Part shown: in pieces, positions 17,801 through 27,572 of the stretch
How the letters are laid out: every line of letters begins with the position of its first letter
Position numbering within the stretch: position 1 is the stretch's first letter
Origin: a virus
Virus record (IMG/VR): IMGVR_UViG_3300042566_001051
Location: 1 to 64,000 of that record
Direction: 5' to 3' (one strand)
Length of the DNA stretch: 64,000 nucleotides
Notes under the pieces: generated by a model
Database searches by the model: none
What the model was told of the DNA's origin: nothing
Seen by the model: only the letters and a program-made list of their open reading frames with translations
Position numbers and translations under genes: made by a program

Positions 17801-20800
17801 CCGTCCATTGTCACGTCGTCCTGGTTCTCCTTGGCGCACATCATTTCCATGAAGTTGTCGGCGCCCTTGATACCAAGGCACATGTCATTGACGCGCTCAT
17901 GCCCAATGGCCAGCGACAGCATGGCGTAGATTTCCAGCGGGCTATTGGTGATCGGCGTGGCGGTCAGCATCAGGACGCCATCCTTCAGTTCCGACTTTCC
18001 ACGGATGAGCCAGGATTTGGCCTGGGCATCAATGCCGCGCTTCGATGCCGGAGACAAGGAAAGGAACTTGGCGGCCTTGAAATCGACGGTCTGGGCGGAA
18101 TTCTTGAAGACATGCGCCTCGTCGAACACGATGCTATCGACGCCCATGTCTTCAAGATATGGGGCGCTGCCGCTCTTGTTTGACAGGAAGGAAAGAAGTC
18201 CGGCCTGCTTGCCCTTGGCGCGCTCGTCCTCCTTCTTGTCCTCGCTCTCGGCAAAGCTGGCGTCAGCCTTGCGCATGAACTGCTCATAGGAGGCGATGGT
18301 TTCGTCTCGCAGTCGGATGCGCTCGAACGCTTCCAGTGTCATGAAAATCTTGCTGTGCCGGTTCTCCATGACGGCCGTCAGGTCGGCGTCGAAGTTCGAC
18401 GAGCTCACAACCGGTTTTCCGCCCTTGCCTTCGCGCAGGCCGACAAACAGGCAGTCGTCGGTTGAAGAATAGGCGCGCATGGCCTCCTTGCGCCAGTTGG
18501 ACAGCACGGAATTGGGAACCACGAAGAGCGTCTTGGTCTTGACGCCGATGCTCTGGGCGTATTGAACCGCAACCAGTCCCTGGAAGGTCTTGCCAAGCCC
18601 TACGCCATCGCCGTTGCCGCCACCAAATTCGCGGCCTTGCAAGCGGACAAATGCGTTTTGGTAGCCATGCAGCTTGAGTTCAGGGTTAAGGCCAGGAACC
18701 GGCAACGGCGATTCGTCGCTGACAGAGCGGAAGCGCAGCTTCTCGGGGTCGGATGCGACACTTTCCAGTCGGCTCACAATGGCGCGATTGCCGCGCACCC
18801 AGCCGTTGAACTGCTCGTTGGCGGTATTGACCATCTTGCGCAGCTCCTGGAGCGCCTTGGCATCATCCATGCCAAGTTTGGCGCCGCCAAGCGTAATGGT
18901 GCCGTTCTTCAGGTAGTCTCCGATGCGGTTCAGCAGCTTCTCGCGGTCGGTCAGCTTGCTGCCAGGAACATCAATATCGACGCGCTTTTCGCCAGTCTTC
19001 TCGTCATAGATGACAGAGGCAGACGGATGCACGAAACGGCGAAGGAATTCCGCCTTCTCTTCCAGTGTGACGTGAGGACTGAACAGGTTGAAGGTCAGCT
19101 TCGACACATCAACCTTGTCGATTCGGGCGGCGGCGTCCAGCTTCTGGCGCAGCAGCTTGGCCCGGATTTTCTCGTCGGTTGCTGCGGCGATGTCGGCGTC
19201 GGCGCGCTTCAGGAAGTCGGCGTAGTTGCCGACGTAATAGTCATCGGCGCGGGTGACGCTCTTCCCGTCAGGGGAGACGCACCAGGCCGGGTCTTCGTAT
19301 GGCTCGAATCCATCGCCATAGATGGCCTTGGCCTCGTCCATGCCGGCCCAGATGGATTTCGTTTTGTAGCGCAGCCCCTCGAAGCTGGAATCTGCCGTGA
19401 TTTCGACGGTTGGCGCCTGCTGCTGCACATCGCCACGCCACACGGCGGAGAACCCGGTTTTCTTCTGGTAGTGGTTGCCGATTGTGGCGAGCCCCTCCTT
19501 AACCTTCCCGCCAAGCACGGACGGCCGCTTTTTCGCGGCCACGGATACGCGCTGCATGGCGTCGGTCAGGGCGGGATATTCCTCGGCGAAATTGACGCCG
19601 ATTTCCTCGCCAAGTCGCTCTTCCAGGACTTGGGCGACTGACATCCCAACAATCCCGGCATTCCAAAACTGTGCGCGCTCGCCGGCGTCCTTCAGTCGGC
19701 GGATTTCGGCCATTGCGCCGCGTAGCCACGCCGGTATGTCGAGAGATTGCGAAGTCTCGATCATGTAATCGACGCACTTTTCAGCCTCGATCCAGGTGAC
19801 GCGGCTCTCAAAGGCGGAATACGGCGTCTTCAGCTTCCCGACCAGTTCGGCGGCGTCCGCGCTTTCCTCGCTGCGCATCATGGGCACCCAGCGGCCGCCC
19901 TGCATCTGAAGCGTCTGGCCGGACTGGGTGATCGTATCGCCATCGCGGTAAATGATCGGCGTGGTTTCAACCGTGCCCAGCAAGTCCCAATTCACTCTGG
20001 AATCAGGGAAGCGCTTCAGCATCTTGCCGATTTCTCCGACGCTGGCCTGAGTGATGACGCGATCCACGTCGCGGAACTTGTTCGGGTCTTTTGGAACGAA
20101 GTCGCCCAGCACGAATCGCTTTCCTTCGCCGTCGAAGTAACGGCCCTCGATGAACGGCTGCCATTGCACATTGGCATCGATCAGGGATTGCGGCGACTGC
20201 TCGCGCAATTCGGCGATCTTATCCAGGGTCTCGCGGCTGTACTTGCGGAAAGCAATCACGTCGGTCATGGTGTCGGCGCTTGCTGTGCCGAATACCGCGT
20301 TTGGCAGCCGGTAGGCGCCAAGGAATTCAGCCGCGTAGCTCGCCTTGACGCGCAATTCCTCTTCCTTGCCGCCCTTGCCGGAGACGCAGCGCGGCGGCGT
20401 GATGAAAACAGCCAGGCCGCCAGGCTTCAGCTTCTCCAGGGAGCGCAGAATGAAGTAGTTTTGCAGCGGCTCCTTCTGGTAGCGGTTGTCGTGCAACTGG
20501 TTGCCGCCTCGATCTGCGACGCCGCCAAACGGAACATTTGTCACGATGGCGTCGTATTGCTCGTCCGGCGTTCCGGCTGCCACCTTCTCGAAAGGGGCAA
20601 CAGTAGCCGTATAGCCTGGGCCTGCATTCACCAGTCCATTTATTCGGCCTGATGTCTCGTTGAGCTCCACGGCGTCAATAGCCGCGCTCAGTGGCGCCGT
20701 AGCGCCGAAAATGCCAACGCCAGCGCACGGGTCAAGCACCTTGCCGCCCTGAAAGCCAAGCTCTGACATCAATTCCCAAACGCCCTCGGCAATCGGCTTC

Positions 20801-21300
20801 GGGGTGTAATACTCGTAGGCGCTGCCCTTCTTGCCGTCGGCCCCGACCAGCGCGCCGCCTGTACCGGAATACTTCGCAAGCGCCAGCTTTTCCTCTGGCG
20901 TCAGCCGGGACGGATCAATCTCGCCGGAATCGATGCGCGACAAAAGAGACATCGCGGCCGCGTTGTCCTTCTTGCGCTGGGCTGGCTTGCGGTTCGGGTC
21001 GAATTCGTAATACTGCGCCGTCTGGTTGCGCGGCGCCTGCGGCTCTTCGCCGCCTTCCTGCCGCTGTGAAACCGGTTCCGCGCGGGCGGCATTGGCGCCA
21101 AGATCGACGCGAATCTGGTTGGCTCTGGACGCCAGTTTCAGGCGTTTGACGGAGGCCAGCGGGCCGTCGCCGACATCCTTCAGGCCAACCTTGATCTTGG
21201 CAAGTTCGCCGACCAGCTTCAGGCGGGCCAGCAGCCCGCCGCTTCCGACGGCATCATCAAAGGCGATTCGATTCAGCATTTCTCGTTCTTCCTCATGCAA
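14869..21300 (-). CDS. darB: DarB-like antirestriction protein (N6-adenine MTase plus SNF2-type helicase)
   Basis: EYYTP, VLDPCAGVG, TNVPF (MTase); VGLGKT, DEAH, LTATPITNSPLE, EQRNGRGVRQGN (helicase); 2143 aa. Confidence 0.9.
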   Translation of the reverse strand: MHEEEREMLNRIAFDDAVGSGGLLARLKLVGELAKIKVGLKDVGDGPLASVKRLKLASRANQIRVDLGANAARAEPVSQRQEGGEEPQAPRNQTAQYYEFDPNRKPAQRKKDNAAAMSLLSRIDSGEIDPSRLTPEEKLALAKYSGTGGALVGADGKKGSAYEYYTPKPIAEGVWELMSELGFQGGKVLDPCAGVGIFGATAPLSAAIDAVELNETSGRINGLVNAGPGYTATVAPFEKVAAGTPDEQYDAIVTNVPFGGVADRGGNQLHDNRYQKEPLQNYFILRSLEKLKPGGLAVFITPPRCVSGKGGKEEELRVKASYAAEFLGAYRLPNAVFGTASADTMTDVIAFRKYSRETLDKIAELREQSPQSLIDANVQWQPFIEGRYFDGEGKRFVLGDFVPKDPNKFRDVDRVITQASVGEIGKMLKRFPDSRVNWDLLGTVETTPIIYRDGDTITQSGQTLQMQGGRWVPMMRSEESADAAELVGKLKTPYSAFESRVTWIEAEKCVDYMIETSQSLDIPAWLRGAMAEIRRLKDAGERAQFWNAGIVGMSVAQVLEERLGEEIGVNFAEEYPALTDAMQRVSVAAKKRPSVLGGKVKEGLATIGNHYQKKTGFSAVWRGDVQQQAPTVEITADSSFEGLRYKTKSIWAGMDEAKAIYGDGFEPYEDPAWCVSPDGKSVTRADDYYVGNYADFLKRADADIAAATDEKIRAKLLRQKLDAAARIDKVDVSKLTFNLFSPHVTLEEKAEFLRRFVHPSASVIYDEKTGEKRVDIDVPGSKLTDREKLLNRIGDYLKNGTITLGGAKLGMDDAKALQELRKMVNTANEQFNGWVRGNRAIVSRLESVASDPEKLRFRSVSDESPLPVPGLNPELKLHGYQNAFVRLQGREFGGGNGDGVGLGKTFQGLVAVQYAQSIGVKTKTLFVVPNSVLSNWRKEAMRAYSSTDDCLFVGLREGKGGKPVVSSSNFDADLTAVMENRHSKIFMTLEAFERIRLRDETIASYEQFMRKADASFAESEDKKEDERAKGKQAGLLSFLSNKSGSAPYLEDMGVDSIVFDEAHVFKNSAQTVDFKAAKFLSLSPASKRGIDAQAKSWLIRGKSELKDGVLMLTATPITNSPLEIYAMLSLAIGHERVNDMCLGIKGADNFMEMMCAKENQDDVTMDGVARTTDVFVGLNNVGVLRKALSSAFTIRSAEDVGEQIVVPDREEKATPVTLPKDIVDRLKLYKGAFRWAIDEISEKSPNRGDKGAFDEVSRHFGEEMALVGHPFNLINKMTLLIADPELDQRATFYSFIAAQADKAKAAIEQFNAKRFSEDRPRPSPMTDESAIVGRKTTKDAAGNESELLKIEVRAKAIDGNRVAIDTIDPDTQSAFEAIAEKLGLDLDVSVPPKLAAMLENFQHEQATPRGIDESGGKSPIVKQIVFCDILPLHNKIKRLLSKRAGVPSGAVAVITGKTNNAPDEIMAVQDGFNAGGEDNKYRVVIANEKAEVGINLQKGTQAIHHLTIGWTPDSLEQRNGRGVRQGNKTARVSLYYYDADGTFDTSKRAMVNKKADWISQVMDVNGSDSVAVTGGLSKEQMEALIDVVGDADAMRRMQETIAAKEAASRASSNRDRQMINIDTIRKQNAFLSENPTPANFIIRKIIGLWNMEKQAGMLRDRINNPKATATAVAKNESLLAELMASIGGLRRQIEGSATIYRSEWRAGGQSKETVSLDSFFTAVRGGKKQKDDDIESMLLGKIWPTFGIDAIDGGTISNEWQSEVDMAKSMIDESKSSFFRQAEESGAYPAAVADAIANGNGIVYNGKPLLHGAFVRLGSGLAVLTLVNGRPGAFGRSRDGSPLADRDIMAGEWIYQGSAEYDACITEAAEIEDRINEGGTVENGFNKVVPEVAQRRKVEAIAAYSAHEYQLPQPHFPFVILPNDADKTPAMRSIFDSQASVIKSFDSGSFVVSSSLAVERRQHGSSSESKFDALREYAAATGVKLTIADFDDFDIWLQKQIEKTVSLDNLKAALTGESEPEIREQAASFMQGAASWFDYKGKDPASDYLPWAYKSAIEAAVSKALSGSAPKGNLPTDVVGIKGNTKPWKETIKNCANLAGFGKFKWDGDALVWNVYRSTWDYLVSTYPRAAEQLELADATRSI

Positions 21301-24300
21301 GTTCAGCGGTGGCGGCCATCATGGCGTTCTGGTAGGCACTCACGGCCTGCTCGAACAGGCTGACAAGCGCGGGGTCGGTTTGCTGGCGGTAATAGGCGGC
21401 CTCCAGTGAGTCGGCCAGTTCAGGCGCAAGAATGTCAGGGACGTTGCCGTCGATCACGGACTGGAACAGCGCCTGGTCTGCTTGCTTTTGCCGGTCTTCG
21501 GGCGAAGCTTCTGGCGCGGCCTCCTGCGTAGCGGGCTCGCCCTTGCTCTTGATCTGACCGATGGTCTTTGGCGAGAAGTGGAAATCAAGCTCAACGCCGG
21601 CGCTGATGAGTTCTTCGATGCTGATGTAGCCAAGCTCGCCGCCATAACCCAAGTCAGCCAAGCCGAAAGCCTGCTGGGTGCCTTTGCCTTCCATGTCCTT
21701 TTCGGTGATGTACCAGTCAGCGGCACCCCTGAAGTAGTGGAGGTGCGCTACAGCAGAATCTCCCATTCCGTCCTGGTCGTAGGTCTTGGGCATGGCGGCG
21801 ATGACGCCGGCCAGTTCTTTCATCTTGTCCGCGAAGAACTGCCATTCTTCGCCCATGAGTCCGGCGATCACGGCCTTGTTCTGACCTTCCGACATCCAGA
21901 CGTTCATGCCGGTATCGGTCAGCATCTTGAGCGCGGACGCGCGATCTTTTGCCGGTCCTTCAATCGCCTCGGGCACCGCGTTCGCTGCCTTGGTGGAAAA
22001 TAGGGCGTCAATCATCGCTGCTGCATCCTCATCGGAATAGGTTGCCTCCGTGCCGGATGGGAATACGACGCGCTGGTCGCCGGACGCGCCGACGAACACC
22101 ATTGCCTTGCCGTCGCCGCCAATGTCGATACGCCCAACCACTTCTCCGCCCTTCTTGACTTTGCCGACATAGCCGTCGGAATCAACGCCGTCGAGCGAGA
22201 CGGAATCGAAGCCGTCGCGTGGCTGGTTGTCGATATGCGGATACTTGGCTTTCATTTCAGGCGTGCGCAGCAGGTTCCGCGCGCCGGTATGGCGAATGCG
22301 CTTGGTCAGGTAGTCGCTGATGGTGCGAGCGTCGTGGGCATAGTCAGCCAGGCGCTTGTCCTGCTCCGGCGTCAGATCGGGAATGCCGGCCTTGCGGTTG
22401 ATGGCGATGTCGATAAGGCTGCGCAAGCGGCGCTTGGCCTCTTCCTTGTCCATGACATCGCCGGCCGCCGTCCATCCGTATGCCGATTCAGGAACCTTCG
22501 CAAACTTGGCGTCCGATGCGATGAAGTCGCGGAAATACTGGAGCAATGCCTTGGTCGCGGAAATGGCCTGCTTTTCGACGCCAAGGTAGGCGCCGTCGGC
22601 GCTGTCCAGGGTCGCGGATTCCGCCTCGAACAGCCCGCCAATTTCCTCTTCGCTCGGGCCGTAGTCAGCCTCGGAAAGGATTCCGATGGCCTCCTTGATG
22701 CTGTCGGAGACTTCGGCCTCAAGGTTGGCCTGGCCGATATTCCCCTCGGCGCGATTGATCGGCTCGTTGGTGGCAACAACATCAAGCGCGCGCTCAAGCT
22801 CGGCAACGGCAGCGCCTACGCCGTCCAGCGCCGCACCGGAGAACATCCCCCAATCGACACTGGCGCCGTTACGCTGGGCCGCTTGATCCATTTCCTTGGC
22901 TGTGACGAACGGGGAGTATTCTGGCTTGTCCAGGTAGTCGGCGAGCCACGCCTTGAATTCGTCCGTTGCGCTGGCGAACTGATAGGCCGCATCAACACTC
23001 ACTGCCTTGTCTCCGTCCGCATTTCCGACTGGTTCAATGGCGCCGACTGATTCAAGCGCTTTGCGCAGTCCGCCGAATGCCATTGCCGCCTTCAGGAAGC
23101 CGTTGAAGCTGCGGTTGTTGACGTAGCGGAGCGCGCTCCCCTTCTTCATGCCGTAGATCGTTGCTGCGCCCTTCTTGCCGGTGCCGGCCTCGTCGTATCC
23201 TTCGGCAAACTGGCGCAACAGGTACTGCTGCCCATCAACCACGTCGGCGCCGTCTCGCACCTTCATGCTCTTCAGCCAGCCCCAGGAATCCCTGACGCCT
23301 TCCTCAGCCTTGCGAGCCTGCCACGCCGCATCTTTAGCGGCCTCAATCTCGGCGCGCTTCTCGGCTGTGATGCCAGCCCATTCGTCGATCTGCTTGGCGC
23401 GCTCCTTCTGAGTCTTTGCCAGCTTGAAGCCTGCCGCCCGTTCGAAAATCTCCATGCTGGCCTTGTTGCTGTCGCTGCCAACGCCGGCCAGGATGCTGCG
23501 CAGCGCCTCGGCGTCCTTTTCATTGACGGCGGTGACGACGCGGGAAACCCAGTCGCTACGCTGCCCCATGTCGATGCCGTGCTTGCGATAGATGGCGCGG
23601 GCCGCGTCTTCAAGTGAAGCGTCTTCAGGAAGGGCTGCAAGCTCCGCCTTGCCTGCCTCGATCAGTTTTTCCTTGGCGATGGCTTGAATCTTGTCCATTG
23701 CCTCGCGGTAGGCATCCATTGCCTTGCTTTGTGCCTGGAATTCCTCGGTTTCAGTGACACCAGACAGGCGGGAATCCCATGTCTTCATGCCGGCCGCCTC
23801 CAGAGCATCGCGGGCCTTGATAATCGGCCGTTCGCTGTTGGCGGCGCTTTGCAGCTTCTGGATTTCTGCCGTCGCGCTGGCGTTGTCGACGATCCCTTCC
23901 CAATTCACGGCAGCCACGGCGGCATTGACCATCGCCGCCTCTTCTCCCCACGCCTTGATGTAGGCGTCGATCAGGGCCTGTTCGTTTGAAGCAGGGGCGC
24001 CTTCTGCCTGAAGCGGCGGGAGCCCAAACCCCTCGCGCCAGCGGTTCTCGTTCTGCTCCTTGTCTCCAATCTTGGTTATCGCGGCATAGCTGCGCTCCAT
24101 GTCTTCGATCATGCTTGCCTTGGTATCGCTCTTGAACCCTGCTCCGTTGCCGTCAGCGGGGTTCATCTCCTTGCCGTTTTCCAAGACGCGAACGCCCCAT
24201 ACCCGCTGTTTCCCTTGCCTGATCTTGACGGCGAAAGCTTGGAATTTGACGGAGCCGACAGAGAACACATCGGGCGACTCATCCTGTTCGCCGGATTTCT

Positions 24301-26011
24301 GTGTCAGTTCGGCCAGCAGGGCGTCATCATCGGCTGCGGTCAGCGTGCTGGTGTCCTCGGCCACGGTGTATCCGGCCTTGCGCAGTTGCTCAATGGTTGG
24401 CTCGGCATGTGCTGCCAGCACCTTGCCGCCCTCGGCTCCCGGTGTGGCATTGATGATGTTCCACGCCTTTTCGCCTTCCGGCGTGTCCGGGAAGAACGAC
24501 GTAAAGAGGCCGTCGGCGCTGTTGCGATAGGTGATGTCGGGCTTCTGCTGCGCAGACTTTGCGGAGGCTTCCGGCACGACAGAGGCAATAGCCTTTTCAA
24601 CGTCATCCGGGTGGTTTTCAAGAATCTTGTCGATGGCAGCAAATCGGCCTAGCTTCAGGGTAACAACCGTCACCAGCGACGGGCTTGCGCCGACTTGCGT
24701 GATCTGCTCGTCAGTCATGCCTTCGAGGATGGCGCGAGCCGCTTCCTCTCGCTTGGCAAGTGCAGCCTGCTCTTCGTCCGTCAGCAGTGTGCGGGCCGGC
24801 GCAGTCTCAGCGGCCACTTTTGCCACTTCGAGTTCATGCTGCGCCGTCGCCAACTCGGTTTCCAGCGTGGTGATTTCATCCTTCAGCGCCTGGATTCCCT
24901 GCATGCGCTCCGCGCGCTTGGTGTTGGCGCGCTGGAATGCCGGGCTGTTTTTCTCGGCAAGCCGAATGATGCGGCGTGCAACTTCGCGGACATTGAGGTC
25001 TTCGCCGCGCTCGGGCGCCACAACGATGGTGATGTCCTTCTTGTTCAGGAGCCACTTCCACGAGATAACCTCATCACTCGCCGCCATCTTGTTCGGCGTC
25101 ACGTCCGGGTTGTGGAAGAAGATCGAAACGGTTTGGCCGTCGGATAGCTCGAAAATGGCTGCCACGTTGGCGACGCCGCGCTGCTTGAATGGCTCGGTAA
25201 CCTGCATGGCAACCGGCTTGACGGACTCGCCAGAGCGAACCATGACGCCCTGTAGAACCTCCATCTTCCGCTCCAGCTTGGCGTATGGCGTCACCAGTGC
25301 ATCAAACGCCAGGGCGCCGTCGGCGTCTTCAATGATGTCCTTGGCGCTCACAGCGTCCAGCAATAGGCTTTCGCCAGCGTCTGATCGCCGGATTTCGTAC
25401 AGCACTTGGTCAAGGGTCTGGTCGTAGGGCAGCGCTTCGCTGTTCCATTGCACTTTGCGGGTCATGGTTTCGAGTCCTTCGTGAGGGAGATTTTCAGCAC
25501 GCAGCGGCCGGCGCATGTCTCCATTCTTGAGCCACCACTTGAGTTGAGAAACGGATAGGGAAACGACGCTGGCGAGGCCATTCCAGCCGCGCTCGTAACT
25601 GTCCAGGTAGGCGCGCCGCGCGGACTCTTCGTCCGGGTAAGCAAGCATCACCTTGTGCTCGTCGAACTTTCCGCCGACGTTCTGGTTGATGACGAATGCC
25701 GCCTGGGATTGGGGGTAGAAGCCGATGAAGCAATCAACGCAGTCGCCGTCGTTGCCTTTTGTGCCGTTGATGTAGCCGTAGTGGGCCGCCATCCGGCTTG
25801 CCCAGCGCTTTCCGGTCTTGGAATCGATCCCGGTTCGATAGCTGCCGCGCGGCTGCTCGATGGCAATGGCCAGGCCGTAGATGTTGGCCCGGCCTACCTT
25901 GTAATTTCCAGAGAGGCATTGCGCCTCGGTCGGCGCCGGAATCGGGTTATCCCCGAAGGCGCCGCCGTGGGCGGCAGTCTCGATCTGAAGGAAGGTGGAA
26001 TCGGCGCTCAT
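21293..26011 (-). CDS. darA: DarA-like polyvalent internal head protein
   Basis: N-terminal pyrophosphatase-like domain (GNYKVG...HYGYINGTKGNDGD...DEHKVM), DarA-N motif FELSDGQTVSIFFH, DUF2958-like LHYF...DWYITE...GELGYIS, DarA-like C-terminus. Confidence 0.8.
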   Translation of the reverse strand: MSADSTFLQIETAAHGGAFGDNPIPAPTEAQCLSGNYKVGRANIYGLAIAIEQPRGSYRTGIDSKTGKRWASRMAAHYGYINGTKGNDGDCVDCFIGFYPQSQAAFVINQNVGGKFDEHKVMLAYPDEESARRAYLDSYERGWNGLASVVSLSVSQLKWWLKNGDMRRPLRAENLPHEGLETMTRKVQWNSEALPYDQTLDQVLYEIRRSDAGESLLLDAVSAKDIIEDADGALAFDALVTPYAKLERKMEVLQGVMVRSGESVKPVAMQVTEPFKQRGVANVAAIFELSDGQTVSIFFHNPDVTPNKMAASDEVISWKWLLNKKDITIVVAPERGEDLNVREVARRIIRLAEKNSPAFQRANTKRAERMQGIQALKDEITTLETELATAQHELEVAKVAAETAPARTLLTDEEQAALAKREEAARAILEGMTDEQITQVGASPSLVTVVTLKLGRFAAIDKILENHPDDVEKAIASVVPEASAKSAQQKPDITYRNSADGLFTSFFPDTPEGEKAWNIINATPGAEGGKVLAAHAEPTIEQLRKAGYTVAEDTSTLTAADDDALLAELTQKSGEQDESPDVFSVGSVKFQAFAVKIRQGKQRVWGVRVLENGKEMNPADGNGAGFKSDTKASMIEDMERSYAAITKIGDKEQNENRWREGFGLPPLQAEGAPASNEQALIDAYIKAWGEEAAMVNAAVAAVNWEGIVDNASATAEIQKLQSAANSERPIIKARDALEAAGMKTWDSRLSGVTETEEFQAQSKAMDAYREAMDKIQAIAKEKLIEAGKAELAALPEDASLEDAARAIYRKHGIDMGQRSDWVSRVVTAVNEKDAEALRSILAGVGSDSNKASMEIFERAAGFKLAKTQKERAKQIDEWAGITAEKRAEIEAAKDAAWQARKAEEGVRDSWGWLKSMKVRDGADVVDGQQYLLRQFAEGYDEAGTGKKGAATIYGMKKGSALRYVNNRSFNGFLKAAMAFGGLRKALESVGAIEPVGNADGDKAVSVDAAYQFASATDEFKAWLADYLDKPEYSPFVTAKEMDQAAQRNGASVDWGMFSGAALDGVGAAVAELERALDVVATNEPINRAEGNIGQANLEAEVSDSIKEAIGILSEADYGPSEEEIGGLFEAESATLDSADGAYLGVEKQAISATKALLQYFRDFIASDAKFAKVPESAYGWTAAGDVMDKEEAKRRLRSLIDIAINRKAGIPDLTPEQDKRLADYAHDARTISDYLTKRIRHTGARNLLRTPEMKAKYPHIDNQPRDGFDSVSLDGVDSDGYVGKVKKGGEVVGRIDIGGDGKAMVFVGASGDQRVVFPSGTEATYSDEDAAAMIDALFSTKAANAVPEAIEGPAKDRASALKMLTDTGMNVWMSEGQNKAVIAGLMGEEWQFFADKMKELAGVIAAMPKTYDQDGMGDSAVAHLHYFRGAADWYITEKDMEGKGTQQAFGLADLGYGGELGYISIEELISAGVELDFHFSPKTIGQIKSKGEPATQEAAPEASPEDRQKQADQALFQSVIDGNVPDILAPELADSLEAAYYRQQTDPALVSLFEQAVSAYQNAMMAATAELA

Positions 26012-26018
26012 GCACGGC

Positions 26019-26060
26019 ATGGTATGCCGCGCGCAACAGCCCGATTGGCGAGGTTTTCCG
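26019..26060 (-). promoter_or_regulatory. Putative late promoter (CGGAAAA-N29-TACCAT) for darA-darB-ulx
   Basis: Intergenic copy; ATG at 26011 is 7 nt downstream of the -10. Confidence 0.65.
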
Positions 26061-26061
26061 C

Positions 26062-26553
26062 TTACGCAGCGGCGGTTTTGACCGCTGTCAGTCCAGATAT
26101 TTCGGAGCGGACGGCGGCAATCGCCGACTTCAGTGCGTCGCGCTTGTCGGTGAGAACCTGCTCCATTTTTGGCGCTGCCGTGCGGATGCCGGCGGGAGGC
26201 TTCACCTTGGCCGCTGCAAGAATCTTCTGGAACTTCGAGCGGCCGGCATCCATCGCCTGAACAATCTCAGCGATAGCCTTGACGTGATCGTCCTGATTCT
26301 TGATTGGCAGCACCTTGCCGTTCAGCAGCACTTGGAAAATGTCGCCGCTCTGCTTGATGCGCAGCACGACGGTCTGGGAGTCGGCAAAGGTGAGCGCCAT
26401 TTCGCGGTAGGTGACGCCGGATGATCGCTTGAGCGCGGACGGGATGTCCTGCTGCACGACGTTGGCGCCGGCGCGCGAGAAGTAGCGGATGGCTTGCTTG
26501 GCCGCCTTATCCTTGGCCGTCAGGTCTTCGAAGCTGAAAAGTAGATTCTTCAT
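26062..26553 (-). CDS. hdf: Hdf-like protein (DarA N-terminal family)
   Basis: LTFADSQTVVLRIKQSGDIFQVLLNGKVLP resembles the DarA-N motif; directly upstream of darA as in P1. Confidence 0.65.
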   Translation of the reverse strand: MKNLLFSFEDLTAKDKAAKQAIRYFSRAGANVVQQDIPSALKRSSGVTYREMALTFADSQTVVLRIKQSGDIFQVLLNGKVLPIKNQDDHVKAIAEIVQAMDAGRSKFQKILAAAKVKPPAGIRTAAPKMEQVLTDKRDALKSAIAAVRSEISGLTAVKTAAA

Positions 26554-26843
26554 TATGCGTTATCCTCACAAAAAACATCCGGGCTTCCAGTCATGCAGAA
26601 CGATCCGCAATCAACAGGATCGCCGATTCGCGCAAGGTCTAGGCCGTTTACAAAAACCGTTGGGCTACCTTTTGCCAGGTTTCCACCGTGACATGGCGGG
26701 CAGCAGTGAACTGCCCAATCGTCTGTTCGTCGGTGGATTCCCAGGCCGTTAACAAATACGTCCGCGCTGGCCTGGATGTTTGGCCGAGAAGGCCAGCAAC
26801 CGTGTCCGGTACAGATGTCGGTGTGCCTATGAACCGCCGGCAT
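26553..26843 (-). CDS. PAAR-domain spike tip
   Basis: MPAVHR.TD.CTGH, VFVNG twice, ARIGDPVDCGS. Confidence 0.92.
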   Translation of the reverse strand: MPAVHRHTDICTGHGCWPSRPNIQASADVFVNGLGIHRRTDDWAVHCCPPCHGGNLAKGSPTVFVNGLDLARIGDPVDCGSFCMTGSPDVFCEDNA

Positions 26844-27012
26844 CTTTGACAAGCTCCATGTAGCGGTCGTAAATCTTCGACCCCTCCATTGACGCCATCT
26901 GCATTGCCTCTGAGCGCACAACGGAATTCTTTTGACATACCGCCGTTTGCTCCATTGCGGCCGCAATTCGTTCGAGCGCAACAGCAACTCTCTCAATCAT
27001 CGCGTCGCTCAC
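26827..27012 (-). CDS. Small hypothetical protein
   Basis: Overlaps both neighbours in an operon-like way; GGGGAA RBS. Confidence 0.5.
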   Translation of the reverse strand: MSDAMIERVAVALERIAAAMEQTAVCQKNSVVRSEAMQMASMEGSKIYDRYMELVKDAGGS

Positions 27013-27572
27013 GTTTCCCCCTTCTTGGTCAGGTCGTCGCTACCTATCTTCCTGAAAATCTTCCCGCCTCCCCAGGCCGCAATCGCCTTAACTGCTTCCA
27101 TCCACGGATAAGTGATTGCGGCAAGGAATGGCCTTGGGTGCGGCAGGTTGTAGTCGATACGGGCTGCGTCAATCCAGATATTGTCTGGCGTCATAATTAC
27201 CGTACTTGACGCGCCACCCGTTCCGCAAACCAGCCTCAATTCCTGATCGGCGATCAGCTCAATATTCTTATGGTGCCAGCGCCTCCAATCGGTCGAATTT
27301 CCGGTTCTTGGGTTTCTTGCGCCAGTGATGACTGGGTAGCGCGGATCGCCGCCGACAAAGGCAACCCAAACGGCATCATCCGGGTTGATCTCTATTTCAG
27401 TTTCCCAAAATCCAGCGCGCGACTTGTCGCCTATTGGGTACTCGATTTCAGCTTCAGGTAGAACGTCCGCGCCGTCAGTCAATCCTGGGATTTCGATTCT
27501 GCAAGTTCTCCGTTCCTGGTCGTAGGATTTGACGATGGCCGGATAGCGCCCCGGCATGAGTCCGTATTCCAT
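27009..27572 (-). CDS. Baseplate central spike (gp5/gpV OB-fold)
   Basis: VWVAFVGGDPRYPVITG motif; upstream of PAAR. Confidence 0.85.
   Translation of the reverse strand: MEYGLMPGRYPAIVKSYDQERRTCRIEIPGLTDGADVLPEAEIEYPIGDKSRAGFWETEIEINPDDAVWVAFVGGDPRYPVITGARNPRTGNSTDWRRWHHKNIELIADQELRLVCGTGGASSTVIMTPDNIWIDAARIDYNLPHPRPFLAAITYPWMEAVKAIAAWGGGKIFRKIGSDDLTKKGET

Noticed and set aside
18415-18421. Further CGGAAAA copies inside genes (also 41462-41468)
   Set aside because: No xAxxxT hexamer at 28-29 nt; treated as chance matches.
26553-27572. PAAR and spike as a T6SS or eCIS
   Set aside because: Embedded in a full phage with capsid, portal and terminase.
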